In this document: positions 14,994 through 23,691 of the stretch, in pieces
Layout: each line of letters begins with the position of its first letter
How positions within the stretch are numbered: position 1 is the stretch's first letter
Virus record (IMG/VR): IMGVR_UViG_3300005805_000487
Location: 1-24,114 of that record
Origin: a virus
Taxonomy: Duplodnaviria; Caudoviricetes
DNA length: 24,114 nt
Direction: 5' to 3' (one strand)
Translations under genes and position numbers: made by a program
The notes under the pieces: generated by a model
Seen by the model: the letters and a program-made list of their open reading frames with translations, nothing else
Databases searched by the model: none
What the model was told of the DNA's origin: nothing

Positions 14994-15619
14994 CTAAAGC
15001 TAACGAAAACATTGAAGAACTAATGATGATGGTTCCTGAACAGAAGGGTCTTATCAGGACTATCTCTCAACAGGTCAACACTCACTTAGTATTCATTGAT
15101 GATGACATTACCTCTCCTAGTAACTACCGTGATGTGATCCATTGCTTAGCTACTTGCAGTGAGAATGATTCAGTAAATCTATTAGTCAATAGCTCAGGTG
15201 GTCGTACCGACTCTATCTGGCAAATCATTGAAGCCATGAAAGGATGTCGAGGTGATGTATCTGTTACGGTTATTGGTGCTGCATATAGTGCTGCCTCTAT
15301 GTTGGCTTGTATGGCTCCTGAGTGTTACATTGCTGAGTCTGCTGAGTTTATGCTTCACACTGCCCACTATGGCTCTATCGGTACTGTGCCTAATGTTAAA
15401 GGGCAAACTGACTTTGCTACGAGACAAATTAACCGATTACTTGACAAAGCTTACACAGGGTTCCTGACAGACAAGGAACTTGGTGAGCTAAAGAATGGTA
15501 AGGAGTATTGGTTTGATGCTGAAGAAGCAGGTAAGCGGATGACACGTAGATACAAGTATCTGAGTAACTCGGAGAAACCACCTAAGGTTAAGAAGGTTAA
15601 GACAGTAACTGAGGAATAA
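14990..15619 (+). CDS. ClpP-like serine peptidase (S14)
   Basis: VNSSGG, AYSAAS (nucleophile Ser), FMLH (His), EYWFDAEEA. Confidence 0.85.
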   Translation: MTKANENIEELMMMVPEQKGLIRTISQQVNTHLVFIDDDITSPSNYRDVIHCLATCSENDSVNLLVNSSGGRTDSIWQIIEAMKGCRGDVSVTVIGAAYSAASMLACMAPECYIAESAEFMLHTAHYGSIGTVPNVKGQTDFATRQINRLLDKAYTGFLTDKELGELKNGKEYWFDAEEAGKRMTRRYKYLSNSEKPPKVKKVKTVTEE

Positions 15620-15621
15620 CG

Positions 15622-15665
15622 AAAAAGGCCACTAGAGTTTATCGCTCTAGTGGCCTTCTTTGTTT
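15622..15665. terminator. Bidirectional rho-independent terminator between the convergent arms
   Basis: 13-bp stem AAGGCCACTAGAG (15625-15637) / CTCTAGTGGCCTT (15645-15657); A-run before, T-rich after; between two facing stop codons. Confidence 0.92.
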
Positions 15666-16101
15666 ATTGCTCTAATAATTGTGATCGACAGGTGTTCAAG
15701 GCTTCTCTGAGGATGTCTGCTTTGGCAGCTTCCCCGATAAGAAATTCTGCATCCTCTCGGTAAAGTTGTTCTCCAGTGCTTCCTGTTCCTGTGCAGACAG
15801 GGGCACTACTAACTTCTTTAATGGTGGTGATGGTAATGGGTCTTTCTGTACGCTGGCGCAACCCACTAACAATAGCAGCATGACGCTTGTTAATACTCTT
15901 GATAGCATCTTCTTTGTCCTTTAGTTGCTTAGTTAGTTTAGCCTTGTGTTCCTCCTCCTGAGCTAACACCAGAGCTTGTTGCTCTTGTCGGTACTTCAGG
16001 AACTTTGTAGCTTCTTTGTCTACTCCGGCTCCATACGAAAACCAACTAGGAATGATTATAGATAATAACCATATGACTGCCACAGCTATAACCTTATACA
16101 T
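15664..16101 (-). CDS. Rz: Inner-membrane spanin (Rz-like)
   Basis: N-terminal TM helix, coiled-coil periplasmic domain, two Cys; follows the endolysin. Confidence 0.85.
   Translation of the reverse strand: MYKVIAVAVIWLLSIIIPSWFSYGAGVDKEATKFLKYRQEQQALVLAQEEEHKAKLTKQLKDKEDAIKSINKRHAAIVSGLRQRTERPITITTIKEVSSAPVCTGTGSTGEQLYREDAEFLIGEAAKADILREALNTCRSQLLEQ
15696..15908 (-). CDS. Rz1: Outer-membrane lipoprotein spanin (Rz1-like), fully embedded in Rz
   Basis: Signal peptide with LVGC lipobox, then a Pro-rich segment; alternate frame inside Rz. Confidence 0.85.
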   Translation of the reverse strand: MLSRVLTSVMLLLLVGCASVQKDPLPSPPLKKLVVPLSAQEQEALENNFTERMQNFLSGKLPKQTSSEKP

Positions 16102-16552
16102 TTCCCATACAGAGTTTATATTCCCTCTGTCTCCTGTGTGTTAAGCCCTTCAGAGGTTCACCTTTGAACTTATCCCATCTAAGAATCTCTTTACAAGCTC
16201 CTTCGTAGTCATAAGTCTTAAGCTTCTTAACAAGAGTTGAGTTACAGAATGCTCCTGTACCTATGTTGTATGAGAGTGACACATAAGCATCAAACTCATA
16301 CTGATACAGAGGCACACCTGCACACTTCTTAACACCTTCTGAGAACTTATCAGCATCCTGCAACAACCTCACCAAAGCTCTCTCAGGGGTGATAACATCA
16401 CCTCTCTTAACTCCCTCAGTAGTCCCGAAGCCTATCGTTGGAACATCACCGGGAACAGGGATAACTGCTTTGGAAGTAAAACCTTCCTCCAGAGCTATCC
16501 CTACTAACACGGCTGCTGATAGGTATAATGAAGTAGTAGCAGGACGTATCAT
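16094..16552 (-). CDS. GH24 lysozyme endolysin, probable SAR type
   Basis: Weakly hydrophobic N-terminus then EG...GDVPTIGFG, FDAYVSLSYNIG, GLTHRRQRE. Confidence 0.92.
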   Translation of the reverse strand: MIRPATTSLYLSAAVLVGIALEEGFTSKAVIPVPGDVPTIGFGTTEGVKRGDVITPERALVRLLQDADKFSEGVKKCAGVPLYQYEFDAYVSLSYNIGTGAFCNSTLVKKLKTYDYEGACKEILRWDKFKGEPLKGLTHRRQREYKLCMGNV

Positions 16553-16752
16553 GGCTTACGTGCAGTCACATCTTTGAAGATACTGTATAACTTATGGGCA
16601 ATCATTAGTATTGTGTAAAGTAAAGTACACCACAAAAGAATCTCAGACACCTGATACCCCGCCACAGTCGCTAACGATACAGTAACAGGAGCAGAAGCTT
16701 TAGCAGCCATCCCTGTTGCTGTCTCGGTTGTTGTGTGTGTTATATTCGACAT
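16549..16752 (-). CDS. Holin (pinholin candidate)
   Basis: 67 aa; one strong and one weak hydrophobic segment; basic C-terminus; directly upstream of the endolysin. Confidence 0.7.
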   Translation of the reverse strand: MSNITHTTTETATGMAAKASAPVTVSLATVAGYQVSEILLWCTLLYTILMIAHKLYSIFKDVTARKP

Positions 16753-16754
16753 TA

Positions 16755-18437
16755 TTACTCCTGTGCTCTGGTTTGACGTTTGTATTCTTCCATAACCTGA
16801 GCAGCGGAAATACTTCCTTCTTTAGTGGCCCGTTTAGTTAAAACTTCGCCGACCTTACGAACTACTTCAGGTCGCTCTCGCATAAGAGCATTCATCATCT
16901 TCACTCCGCTTTCTGAGTACATGACAGGAGCTGCTAAAGCAATAGGAACTGCTGTAGCCGGGTTTACAGCTAAGGTGTATGCACCTACGTTACTCAAAGC
17001 CATTTTACCTTCAGAACTAGCTGCTTGTCTTGTTTCCATCGTAGACACTGCGGATTCAGCCACGTCTTGCCCTCGGGCTGTGCCTGCTGCGAATAAGTTT
17101 TTATTTTTAGTACGATCAGATTGACGTACAGCAGTTTTGTACTGCTTAGGAGTAAACACACCATTCTCAGCACCTGTATTAGCCGCTGCTGATTTCATAA
17201 CAGATATGTCACCATAAGCACTGTCAATACGGCGTAACTCAGACGTATACTTAGGGTTCTGTTTACGTAGGCCTTCTTTTAAAGATATAGAAGCTTCTCT
17301 TAAAGCTTTACCAACATCTTGATCGCTAATAGTGCCTCTATTAAGTTGATCAGCTCTTTGTCTTAACTGAGACTCAATTTGCTTGTAGGTTTCACCGGGA
17401 ATGGCTTGGCCTTTAGGTAAACGATTAAATACAATAGATTGAAGTTCATCATTTACCCGGACACGATCTGCTGAGGATGTAGGAATTTTAGAAGCTTTCA
17501 GGATACCTGTGTAGGTTGGAAAGTCCAACTTAAATGACATTTTAGAAAGAACATTAGTATATTTTTCATCCACTACATTATTCACAAACTGAACAGCATC
17601 GCGACCAATAACATCTTCGGGTATTTTTTCTCCTACCTTAGCTAATGCTTTATTTATCACACCTTTGTTAAACGAATATAAAGTACGTTCTTTGGCATTA
17701 GAAATATAACTACCCACAAGAGGAACACTGGCAGCAAAAGACTCTAGGTCTTTAAACTGACCACCCGCTGTTTGCCCCGGAGTAAGGGTTACTCCTAAGT
17801 CTCGCATGGTTTGCTCAGCTTTGGTGGTTAAAGGATTTAAAATCTTTCCACCTACAGTTGTTGCTTTAGCTCCTAAAACACCGCTAAAACCCCCTGCTGC
17901 TGTTTGTTTTGCTTTTTCAGTAGCAAAATCTTCTTCGCTGAGTACAGGCTGGAATGCACCTGCTACAGCACCTCCTGCCAATGCTTTTCTTAGAGGAGTA
18001 GTTCCACCCACAGGCAGCAAGTTTACAGGGTTTAAGATGTTACCTCCCAAACGAGCAGCATCAAATCCTTCTTCCCCTGCCGCAGCTCTTTGAGATTGGT
18101 ATTGTGCCTCTTGAGCTTGCAGGCTCTCTTTCATTCGTTGGGACTCACCCTTGAAGTAGTCGCTTCCTAGCGCTCCAAGTCCTTCTGCCACCAGTTGTGT
18201 GCCTCCTCTTAACGGATCAAGCAAGCCTTGCTTAAAACCAGAGGGAGCTTCTATTGGTTTCGCAGGAGCTTGCATACCCCCTGTAGGAATCTGACTTGCC
18301 ATCGAAGAGCCAATAGGAGGAGCAGATTGAGCAACAGGCGCAGGAGCCTCTAGATCAGCAGCAATCTCTTCAATCTCAGCATCTGACAATGGTTTTGCTG
18401 TTGTTACGCTTTTACCATTAATAATATACGTAGGCAT
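16755..18437 (-). CDS. Internal virion / DNA ejection protein (large)
   Basis: Ala/Gly-rich helical composition; third of three ejection-type genes after the tail hub. Confidence 0.7.
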   Translation of the reverse strand: MPTYIINGKSVTTAKPLSDAEIEEIAADLEAPAPVAQSAPPIGSSMASQIPTGGMQAPAKPIEAPSGFKQGLLDPLRGGTQLVAEGLGALGSDYFKGESQRMKESLQAQEAQYQSQRAAAGEEGFDAARLGGNILNPVNLLPVGGTTPLRKALAGGAVAGAFQPVLSEEDFATEKAKQTAAGGFSGVLGAKATTVGGKILNPLTTKAEQTMRDLGVTLTPGQTAGGQFKDLESFAASVPLVGSYISNAKERTLYSFNKGVINKALAKVGEKIPEDVIGRDAVQFVNNVVDEKYTNVLSKMSFKLDFPTYTGILKASKIPTSSADRVRVNDELQSIVFNRLPKGQAIPGETYKQIESQLRQRADQLNRGTISDQDVGKALREASISLKEGLRKQNPKYTSELRRIDSAYGDISVMKSAAANTGAENGVFTPKQYKTAVRQSDRTKNKNLFAAGTARGQDVAESAVSTMETRQAASSEGKMALSNVGAYTLAVNPATAVPIALAAPVMYSESGVKMMNALMRERPEVVRKVGEVLTKRATKEGSISAAQVMEEYKRQTRAQE

Positions 18438-19738
18438 TATTCTTCCTCTACTACTTCATAGACGAGACCACTACGAGTTGTTTTTGTTACAGTTTTCTTT
18501 CCCATCGGGCCTGTTGGTAATGGTTTACCCTGTTCAATCGCTTTTTGCTGTGCTTCAATACGTTTTACACCTGCTTGGATTTTTTCTTTAGCTCGGTTTA
18601 AAATACGCTCAATGGATTTACTTTCCATTGTTGTCTCACCTGCCATAACAGATTTAAGGTATTTCAATTCTTCAACCGAATCGTTTCCACCAAACTCAGT
18701 TAAACGAGGAATAACCACATCACCAATATAAGAACGGAACTCTTCAGTATTAATCAAACGTTGCTTGTCAGCTAAAGTGCCTTTTGAATACTTTGCCAAG
18801 GCTTCTTCCAGAGGGCCATAACCACCTGCATAAATACCCTTCTTAACAACGTTAAGAGCATCATCAATAGATGACAAAGCAGTGTACTTCCCTTGAATAG
18901 CAGCAACATCCTTACCTACAGCAGTACCGCTAGATTCTCCTGATTTAGTGGCTTGTCCTTTTGCAATCGCACCCATGATTGGGCTTAAGCCAGCAGCAAT
19001 GTCTGAACCGATAGAAGGCTTTGTAGGCTTCTTACCAATGTTAGCAATGATTGAGCCTGTTTCACTGTTAATTAACAACTGACCGTCTACAGTATCCACC
19101 ACTTGTGTCTTAGCATCTGAGTCTTTAAACTCAAGATCACCCACATCACCTGATTGCTTATATTTCTTTAAACTAGGAGTTGTATATTTACCTACTTCTA
19201 AAAGTTTCTGAAAAGAATCAACAGCGGGTTTCTCATAAATAACAAGATCAGCAGGGTTACCCGAGTCTTTGTATTTCTTAACACTTGAAGGTGTATATTT
19301 ACCTGATTCAATAAGCTTCTGAAAAGGATCAGCAGCTTCTTTCTCACGACTACGTTGTGCAGCAAGGGCTTGCTCAGAACTAAGCTTAGCACTTTCTAAG
19401 TCCATAGCAGCAGCCTTCTGAGACAACTGCAAAGCCATATCAGGATCAGTAGCACGTAAGGCATCAGCCATTTGACGTAGGCCAGCAGCAGTGTTAGTGT
19501 TGTACTGACTTGCTAACTCACGAAGCTTAGTAGCTCTCTTGATGGTAGGGTCTTGTACGTCTACACCGAAAGCACCTGCTAAGCCTGTACCTAAACCAGA
19601 GCCAGCTTTGTAGGCCATCATGCCTAACTGTTGGTCAGGAGTAAACTGAGCAAACTGAGCAGCACGTTGGTTTAACAACTGAGACTGCATCTCTTGAGGA
19701 GACATAGAGCCTCCAAATAAACTAGGTGATGTTGCCAT
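18437..19738 (-). CDS. Internal virion / DNA ejection protein with 37-aa tandem repeat
   Basis: Position; Q/A-rich N-terminus; duplicated FQKL.E.GKYT..S.KKYK.SG...DL. Confidence 0.7.
   Translation of the reverse strand: MATSPSLFGGSMSPQEMQSQLLNQRAAQFAQFTPDQQLGMMAYKAGSGLGTGLAGAFGVDVQDPTIKRATKLRELASQYNTNTAAGLRQMADALRATDPDMALQLSQKAAAMDLESAKLSSEQALAAQRSREKEAADPFQKLIESGKYTPSSVKKYKDSGNPADLVIYEKPAVDSFQKLLEVGKYTTPSLKKYKQSGDVGDLEFKDSDAKTQVVDTVDGQLLINSETGSIIANIGKKPTKPSIGSDIAAGLSPIMGAIAKGQATKSGESSGTAVGKDVAAIQGKYTALSSIDDALNVVKKGIYAGGYGPLEEALAKYSKGTLADKQRLINTEEFRSYIGDVVIPRLTEFGGNDSVEELKYLKSVMAGETTMESKSIERILNRAKEKIQAGVKRIEAQQKAIEQGKPLPTGPMGKKTVTKTTRSGLVYEVVEEE
19130..19330 (-). repeat. Two-copy intragenic tandem repeat, 111-nt period
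   Basis: DPFQKLIESGKYTPSSVKKYKDSGNPADL starts at 19330; DSFQKLLEVGKYTTPSLKKYKQSGDVGDL starts at 19219. Confidence 0.85.
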
Positions 19739-19749
19739 TGTTATTCCTT

Positions 19750-20688
19750 TTAACGAGTCAGGCTTGCAATCAAAGCAGCGATAGGATCAGTTAAACCAGA
19801 CACAGCACCTTGTAAGGCTGCACGATTAGCTTGGTTAGCAATGTTCTGACCACCCATGAATTGATTAGCTGCTGCTTGGTTGCTAGATGCTGCTGCTGAA
19901 CCTAAACCTTGGCCTGCTGTAAGAGCATTCATGCCTAAGTTCTCTACGTTCTGAGCACCAGCAATTAAGTTAGTGTAAGGAACCAAAGCATTAGACTGCA
20001 TACCGTAGCCTAAGTTATTTAAGTCAATACCACCCTTCATCAAGCCTTGACCAAATGTAACTTGCTGTTGTCCTGCTTGGTTAGCCTGAGCAGCCAACTG
20101 AGCATCCTGTAATGCCCTTGCATTGTAGTAAGCAGCCATTTGCGGGTTAGCAGCTTGTAAGCCGGGAGCACCCGTACCGTAGCCTGCTGACGTAGCACCA
20201 GTAGCAAGACCTAATCGACCTTGTTGCTGTTGTTGGTTAGTCAACTGAGCTAATTGCTGTTCACGACCCGGAGCTAACAAGCCTTGCTGTTGAGTAAGAT
20301 AGTTCTTAGCTACGTCTTGAGGTGATTCCCCAACATACTGCTTACCAAGGTTAAATAACCCTAAACCTGCTGCTGTAATGCCTGCCTGTCCTGCCTGAGC
20401 TTGTTGAGCCTGTGACAGGCCTGTACCTGCCAAACCAAGCAAGCTTTCACGCATTGCAGCGATGTCAGGAGCTACTTGATAGCCTGCACCAGTAAGTTCA
20501 CCTTGAGGGCCATACTGAAAACCTGACTTACCGAAGCGAGTAGTTACACCTACAGGTCGGAACTGAGCCATTTGAGCAGCTTGGTTAGCCGAGGATGTAG
20601 CACCACCAGCGGCTTGGTTGGCTGCATAAGCTGTGCCTAAAGCACCAATGCTTGGGCCAAGTAAAGAAGTCCAATCAAAATCAGCCAT
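19750..20688 (-). CDS. Pilot/ejection protein (P22 gp7-like composition)
   Basis: Very Gln/Ala/Gly-rich; hydrophobic Gly-rich N-terminus; position in the tail module. Confidence 0.7.
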   Translation of the reverse strand: MADFDWTSLLGPSIGALGTAYAANQAAGGATSSANQAAQMAQFRPVGVTTRFGKSGFQYGPQGELTGAGYQVAPDIAAMRESLLGLAGTGLSQAQQAQAGQAGITAAGLGLFNLGKQYVGESPQDVAKNYLTQQQGLLAPGREQQLAQLTNQQQQQGRLGLATGATSAGYGTGAPGLQAANPQMAAYYNARALQDAQLAAQANQAGQQQVTFGQGLMKGGIDLNNLGYGMQSNALVPYTNLIAGAQNVENLGMNALTAGQGLGSAAASSNQAAANQFMGGQNIANQANRAALQGAVSGLTDPIAALIASLTR

Positions 20689-20918
20689 TAGTATGTACCT
20701 CCATCAACTGTACCAGTAAAAGTACCTGATACAGTCAAGTTAACCATAGTTACAGTGCCTGTGAAAGCGCCGTTGTTAGCATCAGCTTTAGAACTGATAG
20801 CTGAGGCGATGTTATCATACTCAGTATTGATCTCAGTTCCTTTGATAATCTTATTAGGATTACCTGTAACCAAGCTATCTTTAATAGCAAAGTTAGTAGA
20901 TTTTGTGTAATTACTCAT
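20688..20918 (-). CDS. Small virion protein (76 aa), possible plug/needle or fibre N-terminal-like module
   Basis: Between hub and ejection genes; KGTEINTEYDNIASAISSKAD then a Thr/Gly beta-rich end with DGGTY. Confidence 0.65.
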   Translation of the reverse strand: MSNYTKSTNFAIKDSLVTGNPNKIIKGTEINTEYDNIASAISSKADANNGAFTGTVTMVNLTVSGTFTGTVDGGTY

Positions 20919-20919
20919 G

Positions 20920-22458
20920 TTATCGAGTCTTTCCTGTTTTAACGTAAACGTCTAGCTTTTGAATGGATACAGGCTTTTCAAACACAATGGTTTCAAAACC
21001 TAACTGAATAACTTTACCAGAACCACCAATGTTGATAACCTTGTTGTCGAAGGCAGAACCACCGTATTCACCAATGTTATACTCAGCAATGTTGTATTCA
21101 GCGATAGCAGCATTAGACAAAGAGAACTGTCGGCTGTTAAGAATGTCTGAATAATCAAATCCAAACTTTAACACTACACCGTAGCCTTGCCCACCAATAA
21201 CTGTAATACCTACCTTCTTCATAATCTTGATGACTGTAGGAGCTTGGAAGTCAAAGTAGTTGGTATAATAACGCATCAGATAACTGTCTGTGTTGTCCTT
21301 AAAGCCATCATACTTACCAATATAACCAGCTTTGCCTACCAGTAAATCTTTGTTACGAAGATACTTCATTGCTGTAGGAACTAAACCATCCCACGTTGTA
21401 GTCCTGTTAGCACCATTCTCCAGCGTTGTACGCATATCAAAGCAATACACTAACTGACGAGCAGGTAACGACAACAAGTAGAAAGCATCCTTATCAGAGT
21501 ACACAGCTCTAATCTCATCAGGGTCTTCTAAGGTAATCTCAAACACCAAGTCATCACGTACATTAGCACTAATGTCTCGCATAGGTGCTGACTTCTCTTG
21601 AATGGTACGCATTAAGGATTTAACACCAGCATCAGACAAGAATAATACATCACCACCTGTTACTACTACAGAGTCTCTAGCGAAGCATCCAGTGCCTGTA
21701 ATCGCATCAGACAATGTAAGTTCATTAGGGTTGTTAGCATTAGCATAGACCAGAATCTGTCTACGACCAAAGACAATCAGGAAGTTGTTATGAGCAGCTA
21801 AGGCAATGATCTCATCACCTCCAGCAGGCCATACCTGAGATACATCCAAAGTACCAGCAGTACCTGTGCTCAGAATGTGTCCTGAGAGTAAGTCTGAGAA
21901 CTGTACAGTACTCTTATTGGTACTGTTGTAGGCACTCCAAGTACGACCATAGGCACTGATCACACAGTTATTATTAGATACTGTACCTACGTAGCCTGAC
22001 TTCTCAGAGATACGTCTGTAAGTTGTTGTACTTACCGCAGGGTCGAACACCAGAGGATCATGCCCTGATTGATACATATACAAACAACTATTTAAAGCAG
22101 CCATTTGCCAGTTACTGTCTGTAATCGTGGGGGCTGTACCGCCACCTCCGTAGGTCAACTCAGTTAAGGTAGAACCATCTAGTTTAAATAACTTATTGTT
22201 ACCTGCTGCTACAACGTAAGAGACTCCAGCTACAGTAATCAATTCATCAATAGCTTTAACATCCGCTGTGCTTAAGGTTGCATCGGTAACGTGCATAGGT
22301 GTCCAACCCTTACGAGCACCAATACGACCAAACTTATCAATCACACAGTTATTAGCTACGGTAGCAAACCCGTCCTCTAACGTAACGGAAGAGTCTTGGG
22401 TGTTAACTCCTTTGAAGCCGGGAGCAGCAATGGTTGTCGTTAGGAGTTTAGCTACCAT
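20920..22458 (-). CDS. Tail hub/nozzle (P22 gp10 / tail tubular B-like)
   Basis: 512 aa, beta-rich; GCFARDSV...VLFLS.AG motif; follows the adaptor. Confidence 0.75.
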   Translation of the reverse strand: MVAKLLTTTIAAPGFKGVNTQDSSVTLEDGFATVANNCVIDKFGRIGARKGWTPMHVTDATLSTADVKAIDELITVAGVSYVVAAGNNKLFKLDGSTLTELTYGGGGTAPTITDSNWQMAALNSCLYMYQSGHDPLVFDPAVSTTTYRRISEKSGYVGTVSNNNCVISAYGRTWSAYNSTNKSTVQFSDLLSGHILSTGTAGTLDVSQVWPAGGDEIIALAAHNNFLIVFGRRQILVYANANNPNELTLSDAITGTGCFARDSVVVTGGDVLFLSDAGVKSLMRTIQEKSAPMRDISANVRDDLVFEITLEDPDEIRAVYSDKDAFYLLSLPARQLVYCFDMRTTLENGANRTTTWDGLVPTAMKYLRNKDLLVGKAGYIGKYDGFKDNTDSYLMRYYTNYFDFQAPTVIKIMKKVGITVIGGQGYGVVLKFGFDYSDILNSRQFSLSNAAIAEYNIAEYNIGEYGGSAFDNKVINIGGSGKVIQLGFETIVFEKPVSIQKLDVYVKTGKTR

Positions 22459-22460
22459 GA

Positions 22461-23114
22461 TTAAACACCTGTCCAGACTACCTGATCTTCATGTCGATTA
22501 CGCTCGATAGCAATAGCGTCAGCAAGAGCTAAGCGATATTGTTGATAGATTTCACCAAAGGCTGATCCACCATCTTCACCACGTTCACCGATAGCTTTAG
22601 CATAGGCTAACATTTGAACCAAGTGAGCAGGTACGATTAAGTTATCACTGTTATTAGCCAGATCAAGTTGAGGTACAATTAACTCAAAGCGAAGCTGATA
22701 CACTGCATCAGGTTGAGGCCATACATCTACTTTAGTATCCCCACCTGATGTAGCACCATTGTAGCTGTAGTACACAGGAGCAGCATCCTGCACAGTACCT
22801 GTGTAGTATTGACGATTAAGCCATGTCTGTGCAGCTTGACGCATAGGAATATCCTCTGTGTCATTAATCACATCTTCTGTCTTGAATCTATCACCAGAAC
22901 CTGTCAGAGTATAGTTACGCTGACCGGGAACAGTAGGGACGATAATGGTGGTAGCTAAAGCATTCCACTCATGTGCATCCTCTACTTCCCGTTTAGCATC
23001 GTTAACAAACACACCAATCAAAGAGCTATAAGGAGTGTCCTCAACTGAAGATACCTCAGTTTCCCGCAGCCTAATGAGTACGTTGTTAACCAGTTGTAAA
23101 TAGGTCGAAGCCAT
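22461..23114 (-). CDS. Head-tail adaptor (tail tubular protein A-like)
   Basis: TYLQLVNNVL.RL.E...FVNDAKREVE...W pattern; 217 aa; upstream of the hub. Confidence 0.8.
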   Translation of the reverse strand: MASTYLQLVNNVLIRLRETEVSSVEDTPYSSLIGVFVNDAKREVEDAHEWNALATTIIVPTVPGQRNYTLTGSGDRFKTEDVINDTEDIPMRQAAQTWLNRQYYTGTVQDAAPVYYSYNGATSGGDTKVDVWPQPDAVYQLRFELIVPQLDLANNSDNLIVPAHLVQMLAYAKAIGERGEDGGSAFGEIYQQYRLALADAIAIERNRHEDQVVWTGV

Positions 23115-23141
23115 CCTTATGTTCCTTTAAATATAGACAAT

Positions 23142-23170
23142 AGTATACCAGATTTTTATCTATTTGTCAA
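23142..23170 (-). promoter_or_regulatory. Strong sigma70-type promoter for the tail/ejection/lysis genes
   Basis: On the - strand: TTGACA (23170-23165), 17 bp, TG-g-TATACT (23147-23142). Confidence 0.8.
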
Positions 23171-23173
23171 CTA

Positions 23174-23245
23174 TTATTTCTTCTTCTTGTCTTTGTTCTT
23201 CTTAGTCCGGCTACCACGCTCGGGCATAGGTGTCTTATACGGCAT
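23174..23245 (-). CDS. 23-aa basic micropeptide (MPYKTPMPERGSRTKKNKDKKKK)
   Basis: AAGGAG RBS 7 nt upstream; fills the gap before the promoter. Confidence 0.6.
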   Translation of the reverse strand: MPYKTPMPERGSRTKKNKDKKKK

Positions 23246-23384
23246 CTTCATTCTCCTTAGTTTGTTGAACAGTAGCTTGCTCTTGAATCTTGACGATCAA
23301 GGGCCACACACCTGACTTGGCTGGCATCTCGCCAAGCACGTTCAGGATGAATTGCACTTCATTGGTTTCGAGATTCAAGTTCAT
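23235..23384 (-). CDS. Small tail-associated protein (49 aa)
   Basis: ATGA overlap with the upstream gene; GGAG RBS. Confidence 0.7.
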   Translation of the reverse strand: MNLNLETNEVQFILNVLGEMPAKSGVWPLIVKIQEQATVQQTKENEDAV

Positions 23385-23680
23385 GCTGCGCTCCAAGGTG
23401 TGCCAGTAGCTGTCACAGGATTCTTTTGCAGGGCAATGTTCTGAGCCAGAGCAGCTTCGGTGGCATCTTTGTCCACACCGTTGTTCCAGCACCAGTTCAA
23501 AACCTCTTGCATGGTTACATCAGCGTAAGGGATAGATGGCTCAGCAGCGGCAAAGCTGCAAGTGGAATAGATGGAGGCTGTGTAGTCGCCGTCCACTGCA
23601 TTGCAAGTCCAGTGGGCTGTGGTGATGAAGCCGTTGGAGACTTCGTAGTCGGTTTGGGTGATTGTCCAAGTGGTGTTCAT
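23381..23680 (-). CDS. Tail-fibre-associated protein (99 aa)
   Basis: AAGGA RBS before ATG 23680; TW.I...HW...IPYADVT..EVL.W...GTPW pattern that I associate with genes following tail fibres in aquatic phages. Confidence 0.75.
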   Translation of the reverse strand: MNTTWTITQTDYEVSNGFITTAHWTCNAVDGDYTASIYSTCSFAAAEPSIPYADVTMQEVLNWCWNNGVDKDATEAALAQNIALQKNPVTATGTPWSAA

Positions 23681-23691
23681 GGTGAGTCCTT

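Noticed and set aside
19750-20688. CAG/CAA/GCT-rich low-complexity runs as a repeat array
   Set aside because: Explained by the Gln/Ala/Gly-rich protein; no fixed period.
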